DNA from: an uncultured delta proteobacterium
GTDB lineage: Bacteria; Myxococcota; UBA727; VGSZ01
Length of the DNA: 64,000 nucleotides
Assembly: GCA_963775425.1 (NCBI GenBank)
Contig: CAVZJB010000009.1
Location: forward strand, 272,616-336,615
Direction of reading: 5' to 3'
This document shows, in pieces, positions 50,801 through 59,721 of this stretch; position 1 is the first letter of the stretch, and every line of letters starts with the position of its first letter. The notes under the pieces were generated by a model. It did no database searches, had not been told where the DNA came from, and saw only the letters and a program-made list of their open reading frames with translations. The translations under genes and the position numbers were made by a program.

Positions 50801-52202
50801 GCGCGCGGCTGGGGGAGAGCACAGGGGTACGCGCGACGAGGTCGACGAGGTAGCCGCCGCGGCGGCGGAGCTCGTCGAGGTCCTTTCGCACCGCGCGCAC
50901 CAGCTCCGCGAAGCCGCGCCCCGCGTCCAGGCCGACGAACAACGGGACGGTGGGCGCCAACAAGGCCGAGGCGGCTTCGAAGCGCTTGCGCACGGGGCCG
51001 TCTACGAGGGCGACGCACAGCTCGTCGCGGTCGCACAGCGTGGCCATGGCGAAGGAGAACGCGGCGGTGGCTGCGGCCTCGATGTCATCGGCGAAGCGCG
51101 AGCGCAGCTCGGGCAGGGGGAGCGAGTGCACCGACGTTTGTCCCGGCGGCCCCGCCGCCGACAAGAACGGCACCGCCGGCGACTCCGCGCGCGCGAGGCG
51201 CTTGACGAAGAACGGCTCGGCCTCGGCGATCTCGCGGGTGATCGCCGCGCGGCCCTCGCGTCCGGGATCGACGATCTGTCCACCGGGCTTGAGTCCCAGG
51301 TAGTGCAGCGCCTCCTCGACGGAGATCTCGACTCCGCTCAGGAGCGACGTCCGCTCCACGCGCAGCGCCCCCTGGGCGCACGCCACCACGAAGGAGCGGG
51401 CGTCGGCCTCGAGGACGGTGCCCGGGCCCCCGCCCGCGCCGGACACCGACGCCTCACGCACGACCACCGCGCGCTCCCCCGCCGACGTCTTGTGCACGAG
51501 CTTGGCGAGGGCGAAGCGGTTGATGTACGGGCCCCAGTCGCAGGCGCGCACGAGCCGGTCGAGCTCGGCGGCCGTCTGGCTCCAGTCGAGAGTGGCCAGG
51601 GCCGCGGGGCGATCGTGACGCGAGAAGATCAGCCGCTCGCCGCCGGGGTTCGTCCCCTTCGGCTGGGGGATGCCCGGCGGCGCGCCGTGCTCGAGCTTCT
51701 CGACGAGAGACTTGAAGGCGTCGAGCGCGAGCGCGGCGTTCTTGATGTTGAGGGAGACGGAGCTCTCGCGCTCCTCGATGTCGACGTCGCGGCGCTCGAG
51801 GATGTCGCCGGTGTCGATGCCGTCGGCGAGGCGATGCCACACCACGGCGTGCGTGCGCTCGCCGCGCAGGAGCGCCCACGCCGAGCCGTGAATGCCCGCG
51901 TAGCGGGGCAGCGGTCCGTCGTGGAAATTGACGGCGTCGATGCGCGCCTTGGTGAAGTGCTCGGCCTTGAGGATGGCGGGGTACGTGATGGACAAGAGGA
52001 CGTCGATGTCGCCGGCGGCCATGAGCTCACCGATGCGCGCGCGCCCGTAGACCGGCACGTCCTTGCCCCGCGCCCACTCGGCGAGGGCCGGGTTGAGCGT
52101 GACGAGGCCGGCGAGGGCGTGCCCCCGCTCCAGGAGGAGCTCGCCGCACGAGACGGCGAGCGGCTCTTCTCCGAGGACGAGGCAGCGAAGGTGCGCGGGC
52201 AC
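47829..52202 (-). CDS. single-module non-ribosomal peptide synthetase: formyltransferase (F) - degenerate C-like region - A - T(PCP) - TE
   Basis: N-terminus Fmt-like (NFHDGPLPRYAGIHGSAWALLRGERTHAVVWHRLADGIDTGDIL). A-domain cores (YTSGSTGRPKGV, FDLSVYD, YKTGDL, GRADFQVKVRGFRVELGEIE, LPVTSNGKLDR). PCP FFDDMGGHSLLAV. TE GYSFGAMVAYE. Confidence 0.9.
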   Translation of the reverse strand: MPAHLRCLVLGEEPLAVSCGELLLERGHALAGLVTLNPALAEWARGKDVPVYGRARIGELMAAGDIDVLLSITYPAILKAEHFTKARIDAVNFHDGPLPRYAGIHGSAWALLRGERTHAVVWHRLADGIDTGDILERRDVDIEERESSVSLNIKNAALALDAFKSLVEKLEHGAPPGIPQPKGTNPGGERLIFSRHDRPAALATLDWSQTAAELDRLVRACDWGPYINRFALAKLVHKTSAGERAVVVREASVSGAGGGPGTVLEADARSFVVACAQGALRVERTSLLSGVEISVEEALHYLGLKPGGQIVDPGREGRAAITREIAEAEPFFVKRLARAESPAVPFLSAAGPPGQTSVHSLPLPELRSRFADDIEAAATAAFSFAMATLCDRDELCVALVDGPVRKRFEAASALLAPTVPLFVGLDAGRGFAELVRAVRKDLDELRRRGGYLVDLVARTPVLSPSRALQTSALSCVAVLLDDGEALPPGAVLALRLSGGQASLVVDEGAVDTPRVRALVEQISAVCAQVAADPEKPLARVDLLDDETRKRQVFGWNDTAAPFSDEILIHTLFEEQVDARPDDVALEFEGETLTFAEVERRANRLAHALRARGVKPGQYVAFLLDRNFDLVTTMIGIAKSGAAYVPVDPGYPEERARFMVEDARAVAVVTSSSLPWGHGDGAPPPGIPILGVDGADVQGAPDTRPARVAASRDVSYAIYTSGSTGRPKGVVLTHRAVTNTLQWVNRTFSVGPRDKLLFVTSPSFDLSVYDVFGALGAGAVVEIASVETLREPELLVKKLTAPGITIWDSAPPALARLAPFFPARAPSSTLRLALMSGDWIPVKLPDHLREVFEGVEPVSFGGATEAAIWSNFHRIGHVDPSWRSIPYGRPIDNARYYILDRHMRPAPTGIAGDLYIGGLCLADGYLNREELTAERFLPDPFLPGERIYKTGDLARFWDDGTMEFLGRADFQVKVRGFRVELGEIEAVLRKQPGVRDVVCVARPDASGAKAVVAYVVPLHAAQPFDAPSLKAAVAAALPDFMVPSALVRLDRLPVTSNGKLDRAALPDPALVLERRALSPPRTPLEEKLVALWSDVLRAPVGVHDDFFDDMGGHSLLAVVVVSRLKKELGINVPLSRILAKPTIAALAQSLGDGERATSEPQSHLVVLNAHGTRPPLLIVSGAGGQVFIFRELAQRLGPDQPVYAFTAIGADGEDLPRESVEEIAAAYERELDARGLSGQQLVVGGYSFGAMVAYELAHRLRRRGKNVGAIVAFDAFAPGYPEKLPRMERALAHVEELRRRDALGRFNYVKDRIDNVRRRLLFKLGLGELLAPAVDGADREREDRMKQIWAILTQAQLAYMPKQNGETAPLLLFVAEHPFRWPATRMDDPTNGWRRWVKGRIDVVTVKGSHLELFRSENIERMATCITGLIDEVVDKRPARPRSLAAAPQADVGAADAI

Positions 52203-52237
52203 GTCGTCGGATTATCACGACCTGCGGCGCCCGCGCA

Positions 52238-54094
52238 TTATCGGTAGCCACGTGCCTGCAGATCGAACATCTCGGCGTAACGACCGCGCTTGCTCATGAG
52301 CGTGTCGTGCGTGCCGCGCTCGACGACCCGGCCCCTCTCGAGCACGACAATCTGATCTGCCGTGCGCACCGTGGAGAACCTGTGCGAAATCACGATGCCG
52401 ATTCGCCCGCGCAACAGACCGCGCAGCTCGGCGAAGATTTCTGCCTCCGCGGCCGGGTCGAGGTTCGCCGTGGGCTCGTCGAGGACCCACACGTCGGCGT
52501 CGCGGTAGATGAGGCGTGCGAGCGCGAGGCGTTGCCATTGGCCCCCGCTCAAGTCGTGCCCTCCCTCGAACAAGCGGCCGACGACGGACCCCAGTCCGTG
52601 CCCGATCTCGTCGACGATGCCGTCCGCGCGCGCGGACGCGAGCGCGCGTTCCGCCCGCTCCCGGTCGAACGGCAAGGAGATCCGGCCGAAGCGCAAGACG
52701 TCCTGCACCTCGAGCTCGTAGGCGCCGTAGTCTTGGAACAGCACCCCGATCCTGTCGCGCAGGCGCTCGGGGTCGGCGGCGCGCGCGTCGACGGCGACGT
52801 CGACGCCGTCGACGGGGCCCGAGAAGACGATCCGCCCCTCGTCGGGATCGAAGAAGCGGCACAGGAGCTTCACCAGGGTGCTCTTGCCGGCGCCGTTTTC
52901 GCCCACCAGCGCGAGGATCTCGCCGGCGCGCACCTCGAGGTCGACGCCGGCGAGCGCGCCCCGCTCCTCGTCGTGGCCCGGGTACCGGAACGACACGTTC
53001 TCGAGCGCCACCCGCGTGATGCGCTCGGGGAGGGCCTTCGCGACGGCCGGGGCGCGAACGGTGGGCTCGATGGCGAGGAAGCTGAAGTAGTCGTCGATGA
53101 ACTGCGCGTGCTCGTCGACGGTGACCAGCGAGCCGAGCGTGGCGCCGAGGTTGCTCGTCAGGGCGGTGAAGGCGCCGAAGATCGCGGCGACGTCGCCGAT
53201 GCTGAGGGTGCCGCGGGTGCCGGCGCCGGCGATGAAGATGTAGGCGACCAACAAGAGCGAGGCGGAGCCGGCGCCGCCGAGGAGGTCGAGGACGTTGGCG
53301 TCGCGGTAGAGCCGCCGCTTTTGCTCGAGCCGATCGAGCGACATGGCCTTGGCCCGGTCGACCACGTGCTGCGCCAGGCCGAACGCGCGCACGTCCTTGG
53401 CGAAGTGCGGCTCCGACGCCACCTGCACCATGTAGTCGTGCTCGCGCTCGCGGCGGGTGGTGCGCCAGAAGAGCTCGTAGAAGCGGCGGTTGGTGCGGAG
53501 CTTCATCAACGCCACCGGCAGCACGGAGAGCACGCCGAGGGGGACGAGCCGCGCGTCCAGGACGAACAGCGCGGAGCACAGGGTGACGAGCGTGATCGTC
53601 GACGAGAAGATGTGGATGAGCGTGAGCGTGAGGTTGTACGGGCGCCAGCCCACGTCGGCGCGGGCGCGCTGCAGCCTGTCGTGCCACGCGGGGTCGTCGA
53701 GGAGCGCGAGGTCGGCGGTGGCGACGTGCAGGAGGAACTTCTTGTGGGCGGACATCCAGACGCGGTCGGAGAACACGTCGTGGACGCGCCCGGTGAACGC
53801 CTGCAGCGATTGATTGAGGACGGCGAGGCCGCCGAGCGCGAGCACCGGGAAGAGCACCCGGTGATCCCGCCACGACGACGGGTGCGCCGCGATGCCGTCG
53901 ATGAGCCTGCCCGTGGCGAGGAGCGTCAGCGGCGTCAGCACGGCGCTCACCACGGTGAGCGCGAGGACGGTGCCCATCTGCCGCGGCGCCGCCTCCCAGG
54001 CGAGCGCCAGCGTGGCGCGCACGTTCCGCCAGATGCGCGCGGGTCGCGGCAGCATCTTGCGCACGGGCGGCGTCTCCTGGGCAGGCGCGGTCAT
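52238..54094 (-). CDS. ABC transporter, fused permease/ATP-binding exporter (MsbA/ABCB-type)
   Basis: Six-TM N-terminal half. Walker A GENGAGKST, signature LSGGQWQRLALAR, Walker B VWVLDEPT. The upstream Arg-rich part of the 951-aa ORF is rejected. Confidence 0.85.
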   Translation of the reverse strand: MTAPAQETPPVRKMLPRPARIWRNVRATLALAWEAAPRQMGTVLALTVVSAVLTPLTLLATGRLIDGIAAHPSSWRDHRVLFPVLALGGLAVLNQSLQAFTGRVHDVFSDRVWMSAHKKFLLHVATADLALLDDPAWHDRLQRARADVGWRPYNLTLTLIHIFSSTITLVTLCSALFVLDARLVPLGVLSVLPVALMKLRTNRRFYELFWRTTRREREHDYMVQVASEPHFAKDVRAFGLAQHVVDRAKAMSLDRLEQKRRLYRDANVLDLLGGAGSASLLLVAYIFIAGAGTRGTLSIGDVAAIFGAFTALTSNLGATLGSLVTVDEHAQFIDDYFSFLAIEPTVRAPAVAKALPERITRVALENVSFRYPGHDEERGALAGVDLEVRAGEILALVGENGAGKSTLVKLLCRFFDPDEGRIVFSGPVDGVDVAVDARAADPERLRDRIGVLFQDYGAYELEVQDVLRFGRISLPFDRERAERALASARADGIVDEIGHGLGSVVGRLFEGGHDLSGGQWQRLALARLIYRDADVWVLDEPTANLDPAAEAEIFAELRGLLRGRIGIVISHRFSTVRTADQIVVLERGRVVERGTHDTLMSKRGRYAEMFDLQARGYR

Positions 54095-55056
54095 CAATAT
54101 CCCGCGGCGACGTCGACCACGCCGAGGAGCGGCTCCCGCGCGGCGTAGCGGCGGACGTTGTCGCGCACGCGCTCCTTCAGGAGCGGCACCGCCATCTCGG
54201 GCGTGTTCCCGACGTGCGGCGTGATGACGCAGCGCTCGCTGCGCCACAGGGGGTGATCCTCCGGGAGCGGCTCGGGATCGGTGACGTCGAGCGCGGCGCC
54301 GCCGATGACGCCGCGCGCGAGCGCGTCGACGAGGGCGCCGGTGTCGACGAGGGCGCCGCGCGCGACGTTCACGAGCCAGGCGTGCCGGGGCATGCACGCG
54401 AGCTCCGCGGCGCCGATCATCCCCCGCGTCTCCGGCGTCAGCGCCGCGGCGAGGAACACGACGTCCGCCCCGGCGAACGCCTCGCGCCGCGCTTCGAACG
54501 TCACCGTCCGCACCAGACCGTCGCCGCCGGCGAACGGGACGCTCCGGCGCCTGACGACGGTGAGCGCGCAGCGAAACGGCGCCAGCAGCGCGACCAGGCT
54601 CCGGGCGATGCCGCCGGCGCCGACGATGACGACCTTCCCGCCGAGGAGCGAGAGCCCATCCGCGGGCCCGCCGTTCGGCCGCACCCAGGAGCGCGCGAGC
54701 GCGCGTGCCTTCAGGTTGCGCAGCCCGGCGAGCGCCAGGGCGAGCGCGTGCTCGGCGACGGGGGCGGCGTACACGCCCTGTCCCGCGGTGAAGCGGTGGT
54801 TGTCGTCGAGGACGCTGAGGAACGGCTCGATGCCCGCCCACGGCAACTGCACCCAGCGGATGTTGTCGTGCAGATCGAGGAGGGCGCGCAGGTCGGCGGC
54901 CCCCGTCGAGCTCGCCCAGACGAGACCCTCGGCGTCCTCGGGGGAAGCGAGCGCGGCGCCGCCTTCGACGACGGCGTCCTCGAGGAACGGGCGCACGCCC
55001 TTCGGCGCCACGCAGACCTTCAGCGCGCTCACGGCGCCGATGATGCACGGCGCCAC
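54094..55056 (-). CDS. D-isomer-specific 2-hydroxyacid dehydrogenase (NAD-binding)
   Basis: VGAGGIARSLV dinucleotide fold. Catalytic R..E..H pattern (ARG..VD, PHVGNTPE). 1-nt stop/start overlap (TGATG) with the ABC gene. Confidence 0.8.
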   Translation of the reverse strand: MAPCIIGAVSALKVCVAPKGVRPFLEDAVVEGGAALASPEDAEGLVWASSTGAADLRALLDLHDNIRWVQLPWAGIEPFLSVLDDNHRFTAGQGVYAAPVAEHALALALAGLRNLKARALARSWVRPNGGPADGLSLLGGKVVIVGAGGIARSLVALLAPFRCALTVVRRRSVPFAGGDGLVRTVTFEARREAFAGADVVFLAAALTPETRGMIGAAELACMPRHAWLVNVARGALVDTGALVDALARGVIGGAALDVTDPEPLPEDHPLWRSERCVITPHVGNTPEMAVPLLKERVRDNVRRYAAREPLLGVVDVAAGY

Positions 55057-55138
55057 CGGCCGCGGGAAGCGCGGAAGCGAAAGCGCGCCCCACGGGGGGC
55101 GCGCGCAGATCAGCGACCGGAGGGAGCGGCCGCGCAGA

Positions 55139-57064
55139 TCACAGGGTCTTGAGGAACGCGACGAGGTCGGCCTTGTCCTGGAAGGACAGGTTGGAGCCGT
55201 GGCCCATCTTGTCGGTGGCCACCAGGCGCTCGACGACGTCCTCGAGCGTGGCCGCGGAGCCGTCGTGCAGGTACGGCGCGCTCTCGATGAGCCCGTGCAG
55301 CACCGGCGTGGCGAACTCCGAGGACCAATCGAGGTTGTCGCCGCCGGTGCCGACGCTGTGGGTGAGGTTGTCGGTGAAGGCGTCGCCGGCGTGGCACTGG
55401 CCGCAGCCGGCGCTGCCGTAGAACAGCTCCTCGCCGTGGGCGACGGCCTGCGCGTCGAGGCCGCTCGGCGGCATGGGTGCCGGGATCTGGTCGAGGAATT
55501 TGCCGACCTTGTTCATGGCGGTGGCGTCGAGGCCGTTGCCGCCCATGCGGCCCACGATGGTGACGTCGCTGATGCCGGCCATGTTCGGCACGCTCTGATC
55601 CCAGTGGAAGGGCTCGGTGCCGAGGATGCCGCCCCACAGCGCGGGCGCGTTGCGCGGGCCCTCGGCGAAGTGCCAGGTGGTGCCGTCGGGGCCGCCGCCC
55701 GGGTGGCAGGAGTCGCAGGAGATGGCGCCGAACTTCGTGAGGTCGTCGTTGACGCTGTAGAAGAGCACGCGGCCCTCACGCACGTCGGCGGGCAGCACGG
55801 GCGCCGCAACGGTGAACGTGTTGTCGACGGAGATCTTCTTGAGCGCGCCGGCGCTGCCCCCGGCGTAGCGAGACTTGGCCGAGGCGTCGGCCGGCACCGC
55901 GAAGCTCGAGATGGTGTCGTCGAAGGCGTTGTAGACGTACGCCGTGGTCCCGTCGGGGGAGACCTGGATGGACTCGACGCCGACCTTCAGCGGCACCACC
56001 GCGACGATGGACGGCTCGCCCTCGCCGATCACCGGCCGGCGCACGATGACGTTGCCCGAGCCGCGCGCGACCACGAGCTGGAGCTTGCCGCCGTCGACGG
56101 TGGCGATCTCCTGCGGCCCGTTGAAGGTCTCGTCGTGCAGGAGGTTGCGGTTGAGCGCGTCGACCACGGGCGCGGCGTCACCGGCGTGCTCGGGGGCGCT
56201 GCCGTTGGCCTCCTCGAGGGGCCGGTTCTCGTCGGACAAGAGCGAGCCCGACGCCGGGTCCACGCGGCTGACGGCCGGGTTCACCGCCGGGTAGCCCGTG
56301 GGGCCGTCGACGTAATACGTGACCGAGGGCTGACCGGCGAAGTTGGTGCCGCCGAGGAACTGGGCCGGGTCGTTGTTGCACTCGACGTGGGGGACGACGA
56401 CGCCGTCGCCGTCCGCGCTCGCGGTGATGCTCCCCATCTGGTTGGGGAAGAAGAACTGCTTGGAGGGCAGGTGCATGTCGACGTCGGCCGCGACGTTGTC
56501 GCCGTCGATGATGGACACGTAGCCCGCGGTGAAGTGGGTGACGGCGACGCGGCCGTCCTCGAGGCGCACGATGCCGCGCGGGTCGCCGTGGTGGAGCGTG
56601 ATGCGCGAAGCGACGCGCGTCGGATCCGCGAGGTCGATGCGCGCGAGGTCGCCCTCGCCGGCGACGGCGACGAGCACGGCGTGACCGACCTGAACGAGGC
56701 CGAAGGGATCGCTGCCGACGTCGGCGGTGCCGTCCACGGTGCCCTTCTCGACGTTCACCACCGAGACGGTGCCGGCGTAGCGCGCGCTCACGGCGACGCG
56801 GCCGTCGTCGAGGACGGTGAGGCGGTGGGGATACCCGGGCACCGCGACCTCGCCGAGCTTGGCGCCGCTGTGGGCGTCGACGGCGCGCACCAGGTCATGG
56901 TCGGCGAGGGCGACGTAGAGAGTCTTTCCGTCCTTGGAGATCTGCATGCGGCCGGTCTGCGGCGCGCTCGCCGGACCGATCTTCACGTCGGGCTCGCAGC
57001 CCGATGCCAGCGAGAGGGAGAGCAGCGCGATGGGTACGGCGACGGCGAGGTGTCGAACGAGCAT
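55139..57064 (-). CDS. lipoprotein: beta-propeller (YVTN-type repeats) fused to C-terminal di-haem cytochrome c peroxidase-like domain
   Basis: Lipobox LSLASGC. Repeated LYVA / VAVS / VSVVNV beta-propeller strands. Two CxxCH motifs (CDSCHPG, CGQCHAG) about 90 aa apart. Confidence 0.7.
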   Translation of the reverse strand: MLVRHLAVAVPIALLSLSLASGCEPDVKIGPASAPQTGRMQISKDGKTLYVALADHDLVRAVDAHSGAKLGEVAVPGYPHRLTVLDDGRVAVSARYAGTVSVVNVEKGTVDGTADVGSDPFGLVQVGHAVLVAVAGEGDLARIDLADPTRVASRITLHHGDPRGIVRLEDGRVAVTHFTAGYVSIIDGDNVAADVDMHLPSKQFFFPNQMGSITASADGDGVVVPHVECNNDPAQFLGGTNFAGQPSVTYYVDGPTGYPAVNPAVSRVDPASGSLLSDENRPLEEANGSAPEHAGDAAPVVDALNRNLLHDETFNGPQEIATVDGGKLQLVVARGSGNVIVRRPVIGEGEPSIVAVVPLKVGVESIQVSPDGTTAYVYNAFDDTISSFAVPADASAKSRYAGGSAGALKKISVDNTFTVAAPVLPADVREGRVLFYSVNDDLTKFGAISCDSCHPGGGPDGTTWHFAEGPRNAPALWGGILGTEPFHWDQSVPNMAGISDVTIVGRMGGNGLDATAMNKVGKFLDQIPAPMPPSGLDAQAVAHGEELFYGSAGCGQCHAGDAFTDNLTHSVGTGGDNLDWSSEFATPVLHGLIESAPYLHDGSAATLEDVVERLVATDKMGHGSNLSFQDKADLVAFLKTL

Positions 57065-57331
57065 GGTGTGAAGTCTCCCCAGATGACGAACGTCGGACGA
57101 ACAGAAGCCGGCAAGGCGCGCTCAGAGAACCAAAACACGTGCCATGCGCTCGTGTGCTGTGCCACCGCGCACGGACGCGATCCTGGATCACCCCCCGGCG
57201 TGTGGGGCGAAATCCATGTGTGACAATTGTGTCGTGCGACGAAGATCTGTGGCGCGGATTCAATGGGTCGCGGGAGTGTCAGGTGCCGGTTCCCGGACGA
57301 GCTGCACGCAACCGTCGGGCGGCCGGTCGAA

Positions 57332-58552
57332 TCAGTCCGCCTGCGGCGGTTCCTCTTCGCTCGCCCGCCGCGTGCGCACCCAGGCGTCGGAGCGCTTCCA
57401 GGGACGGGCGACCACGAGCTTCCACAAGACGTACGCCGGCGCCGTCAGCAGAGCGAAGAGGCCGGCGACGCCGGTGCCGGAGAACGCCACGCCGCGCAGG
57501 ACGTAGGCCGCGAGCGACAGCGTCGACAGCGCCCACAGCGGCCACGCCGGCGACGGCCCGCCGGCGACGAAGACGTGGGCGCCCTCGACGGCGAGGCCGG
57601 CGACGACGACGAGCGCGGGGTACGAGATCGGCGGGACCATGAGGTCGCAGGCGAGATTGAAGAGCAGCAGCGAGCGCTGCGCCACCGCCGCCTTCAGCAC
57701 GCGCGGGAGGAGCGTGCGCATCAGGCCGAAGCGGCCGCCCTCCCAGCGGCGCCGCTGCGACAGCGCGGTCCCGGCGCTCACCGGCGCGTCGGAGCGGATC
57801 CACGTCTCCGGAGCGAACGCCACGCGGACGCCGTTCATCCCGAGCCGCACGCCGTACTCGACGTCCTCGACGACGCCGTACACCTCGTGCGGCACGCGCT
57901 CGAGGCACTCCCGTGAAAAGGCCATGCCCGTGCCGCGCAGCCCGACCGAGAGGCCGAGCCGCTCGCGCCCGAGCGAGCGCACGCCGTTGATCATCGCCAT
58001 CGCGATGGCCTGCAGGCGCGGCCGCCAGCCCGCGCCCGGGTTCTTCACGGCGTTTTCGACCTGCATCGCGAGGTCGCCGGCGACCACGCGGGCGCCCACC
58101 GCGCGCCAGAGGTTGCCGGCGACGATGGTGTCGGCGTCGACGACGATGACGCCCTCGACGCGCTCGTCGCCCTCGAGCGCCAGCGCGTGCGCGAACGCGG
58201 CCTCGAGCGCGTAGCCCTTGCCGCGGCGCACGTCGTCCCTGCGCTCGAGCACGCGGGCGCCGGCCTCGCGGGCGAGGGTGGCGGTGTCGTCGGTGCAGTT
58301 GTCGGCGACGACGAGGACGATCTTCTTGTCCGCGGGCGCGTCCGCGGCGAGCAGGCTCTTCACCGTGGCCGCGATGCCGTCCTTCTCGTTGTGCGCCGGC
58401 ACCACGCAGACGAGGCGCGGCGTGTCTGCGTCGGCGGGGGCCGGCGGAGGCCGCTTGCGCCACGACAGGAGCGTGAGGAACCCGAGGTACAGCCACACCG
58501 GCAACACGGCGACGGCGAGCACCCACGAGAGGACCTCGAGCGCCGCCGGCAT
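57332..58552 (-). CDS. family 2 glycosyltransferase, membrane-integrated (processive GT2-like)
   Basis: CVVPAHNE, VVADNCTDDT, VVDADT (DxD) motifs. N- and C-terminal TM segments. Start MPAAL is residue 19 of ORF 57332..58606. Confidence 0.75.
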   Translation of the reverse strand: MPAALEVLSWVLAVAVLPVWLYLGFLTLLSWRKRPPPAPADADTPRLVCVVPAHNEKDGIAATVKSLLAADAPADKKIVLVVADNCTDDTATLAREAGARVLERRDDVRRGKGYALEAAFAHALALEGDERVEGVIVVDADTIVAGNLWRAVGARVVAGDLAMQVENAVKNPGAGWRPRLQAIAMAMINGVRSLGRERLGLSVGLRGTGMAFSRECLERVPHEVYGVVEDVEYGVRLGMNGVRVAFAPETWIRSDAPVSAGTALSQRRRWEGGRFGLMRTLLPRVLKAAVAQRSLLLFNLACDLMVPPISYPALVVVAGLAVEGAHVFVAGGPSPAWPLWALSTLSLAAYVLRGVAFSGTGVAGLFALLTAPAYVLWKLVVARPWKRSDAWVRTRRASEEEPPQAD

Positions 58553-58599
58553 CACCGCACGTTCTCGTCGAGGCCGTGTGCGCGCCGCATGGCGGGAGC

Positions 58600-59721
58600 A
58601 TGCCATCGGCCGGCGCGGCGCGGAAACGAGAAGCGCGCGGTGTCCGCGACGGCGGCGGGGCGTCGGGCACGGCGTGGTACGCTCGCGCGGTGGGGCACGG
58701 CACCGTCGTCGCGATCGTGGCCGTCGTCGTCGCCGGCGAGGGCTGCGCGGGCTGCAACGGCACGTTCACCCTGTCGTGCGCCGCCTCCACCGACTGCCCC
58801 GACGGCCTGTCCTGCGCCCCCGACGACATCTGCCGCCCCCATGACGCCGGCTCCGGCGACGGCGGCCCCCCCGTCGACACAGGCCCCACGGGCGACGGCG
58901 GCTCCCCCGGCGACGGCGGCCCCGTCGACGGCGGGCCCCCCGTCGACGGCGGCGAGGGCGAGGGAGAAGGAGAGGGCGAGGGGGAAGGCGAGCAGAGCGC
59001 CGCGAGCTGCGCCGCCGCGCTCGCCGCCGACCCGGCCGCGCCGAGCGGCATCTATCGCATCGGCGGCGCCGGCGTCGAGTGCGACATGACCACAGCGGGC
59101 GGCGGCTGGGCGCTCTTGTTCCGCTTCGACGCGCAGACGGACGACTGCCCCGCGGGGCTCGTCCGCGACGCCGCCAGCGGGGGCTGCGGACGCCCGCTGG
59201 ACGCGGCGCAGACGTCGCTGTTCCTGCCCGCGCCCGAGCCCTTCACGGAGCTGCGCGGCGAGGTCCGCGCGCTCGGCTTCGGCTCGCCCGACGCGTTCTT
59301 CGACACCGCGCCCACCATCGACGGCAACTACGGCGACGGCATCAGCTTCACCGTGGACTCGCCGCGCGTCCACGTCTTCACCCTCGCCCACGCCATCGCC
59401 GACGGCGCGAGCGGGTTCACCGTCCATCGCTGTCCGTGCGCGGGCGGAGATCCCCCGCCGGGCTTCGTCGGCACCGCCTACCTCTGCGAGGCGGCCACCA
59501 CCGCGTTCGTCGGCGGCGCGCGCACGCTCGACACCACCGACGTCCTGTGGGACGGGGCCGATCTCTTCCCGGGATGCGAAGGCGCGCCCGAGTCCGCGCC
59601 CGACTTCCAGGTCGCGCTCGCGGCCGAGGACCCCGGCCCCGTCGAGTTGCGCATCCTCCACAACGAGGTGAGCAGCGACGAGGACACGTACATCACCCGC
59701 GCGGAGCTCTGGGTGCGCTGA
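58600..59721 (+). CDS. secreted protein with (GE)n linker and fibrinogen-related-like domain
   Basis: Signal VVAIVAVVVAGEGCAGC. GGEGEGEGEGEGEGEQ linker. IYRIGGAGVECDMTTAGGGWALLFRF resembles the FReD core (YCDM.TDGGGWTV). Start ambiguous (58576/58600/58693). Confidence 0.55.
   Translation: MPSAGAARKREARGVRDGGGASGTAWYARAVGHGTVVAIVAVVVAGEGCAGCNGTFTLSCAASTDCPDGLSCAPDDICRPHDAGSGDGGPPVDTGPTGDGGSPGDGGPVDGGPPVDGGEGEGEGEGEGEGEQSAASCAAALAADPAAPSGIYRIGGAGVECDMTTAGGGWALLFRFDAQTDDCPAGLVRDAASGGCGRPLDAAQTSLFLPAPEPFTELRGEVRALGFGSPDAFFDTAPTIDGNYGDGISFTVDSPRVHVFTLAHAIADGASGFTVHRCPCAGGDPPPGFVGTAYLCEAATTAFVGGARTLDTTDVLWDGADLFPGCEGAPESAPDFQVALAAEDPGPVELRILHNEVSSDEDTYITRAELWVR
58951..58992. repeat. (GGCGAG)n repeat encoding a GE linker
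   Basis: ggcgagggcgagggagaaggagagggcgagggggaaggcgag seen directly. Confidence 0.5.

Noticed and set aside
52238-55093. Reading the 951-aa minus ORF as one gene
   Set aside because: Only the C-terminal 618 aa (from MTAPAQE, 54094) form the ABC transporter. The upstream part is the wrong frame of the dehydrogenase gene, which has its own ORF 54094-55056.
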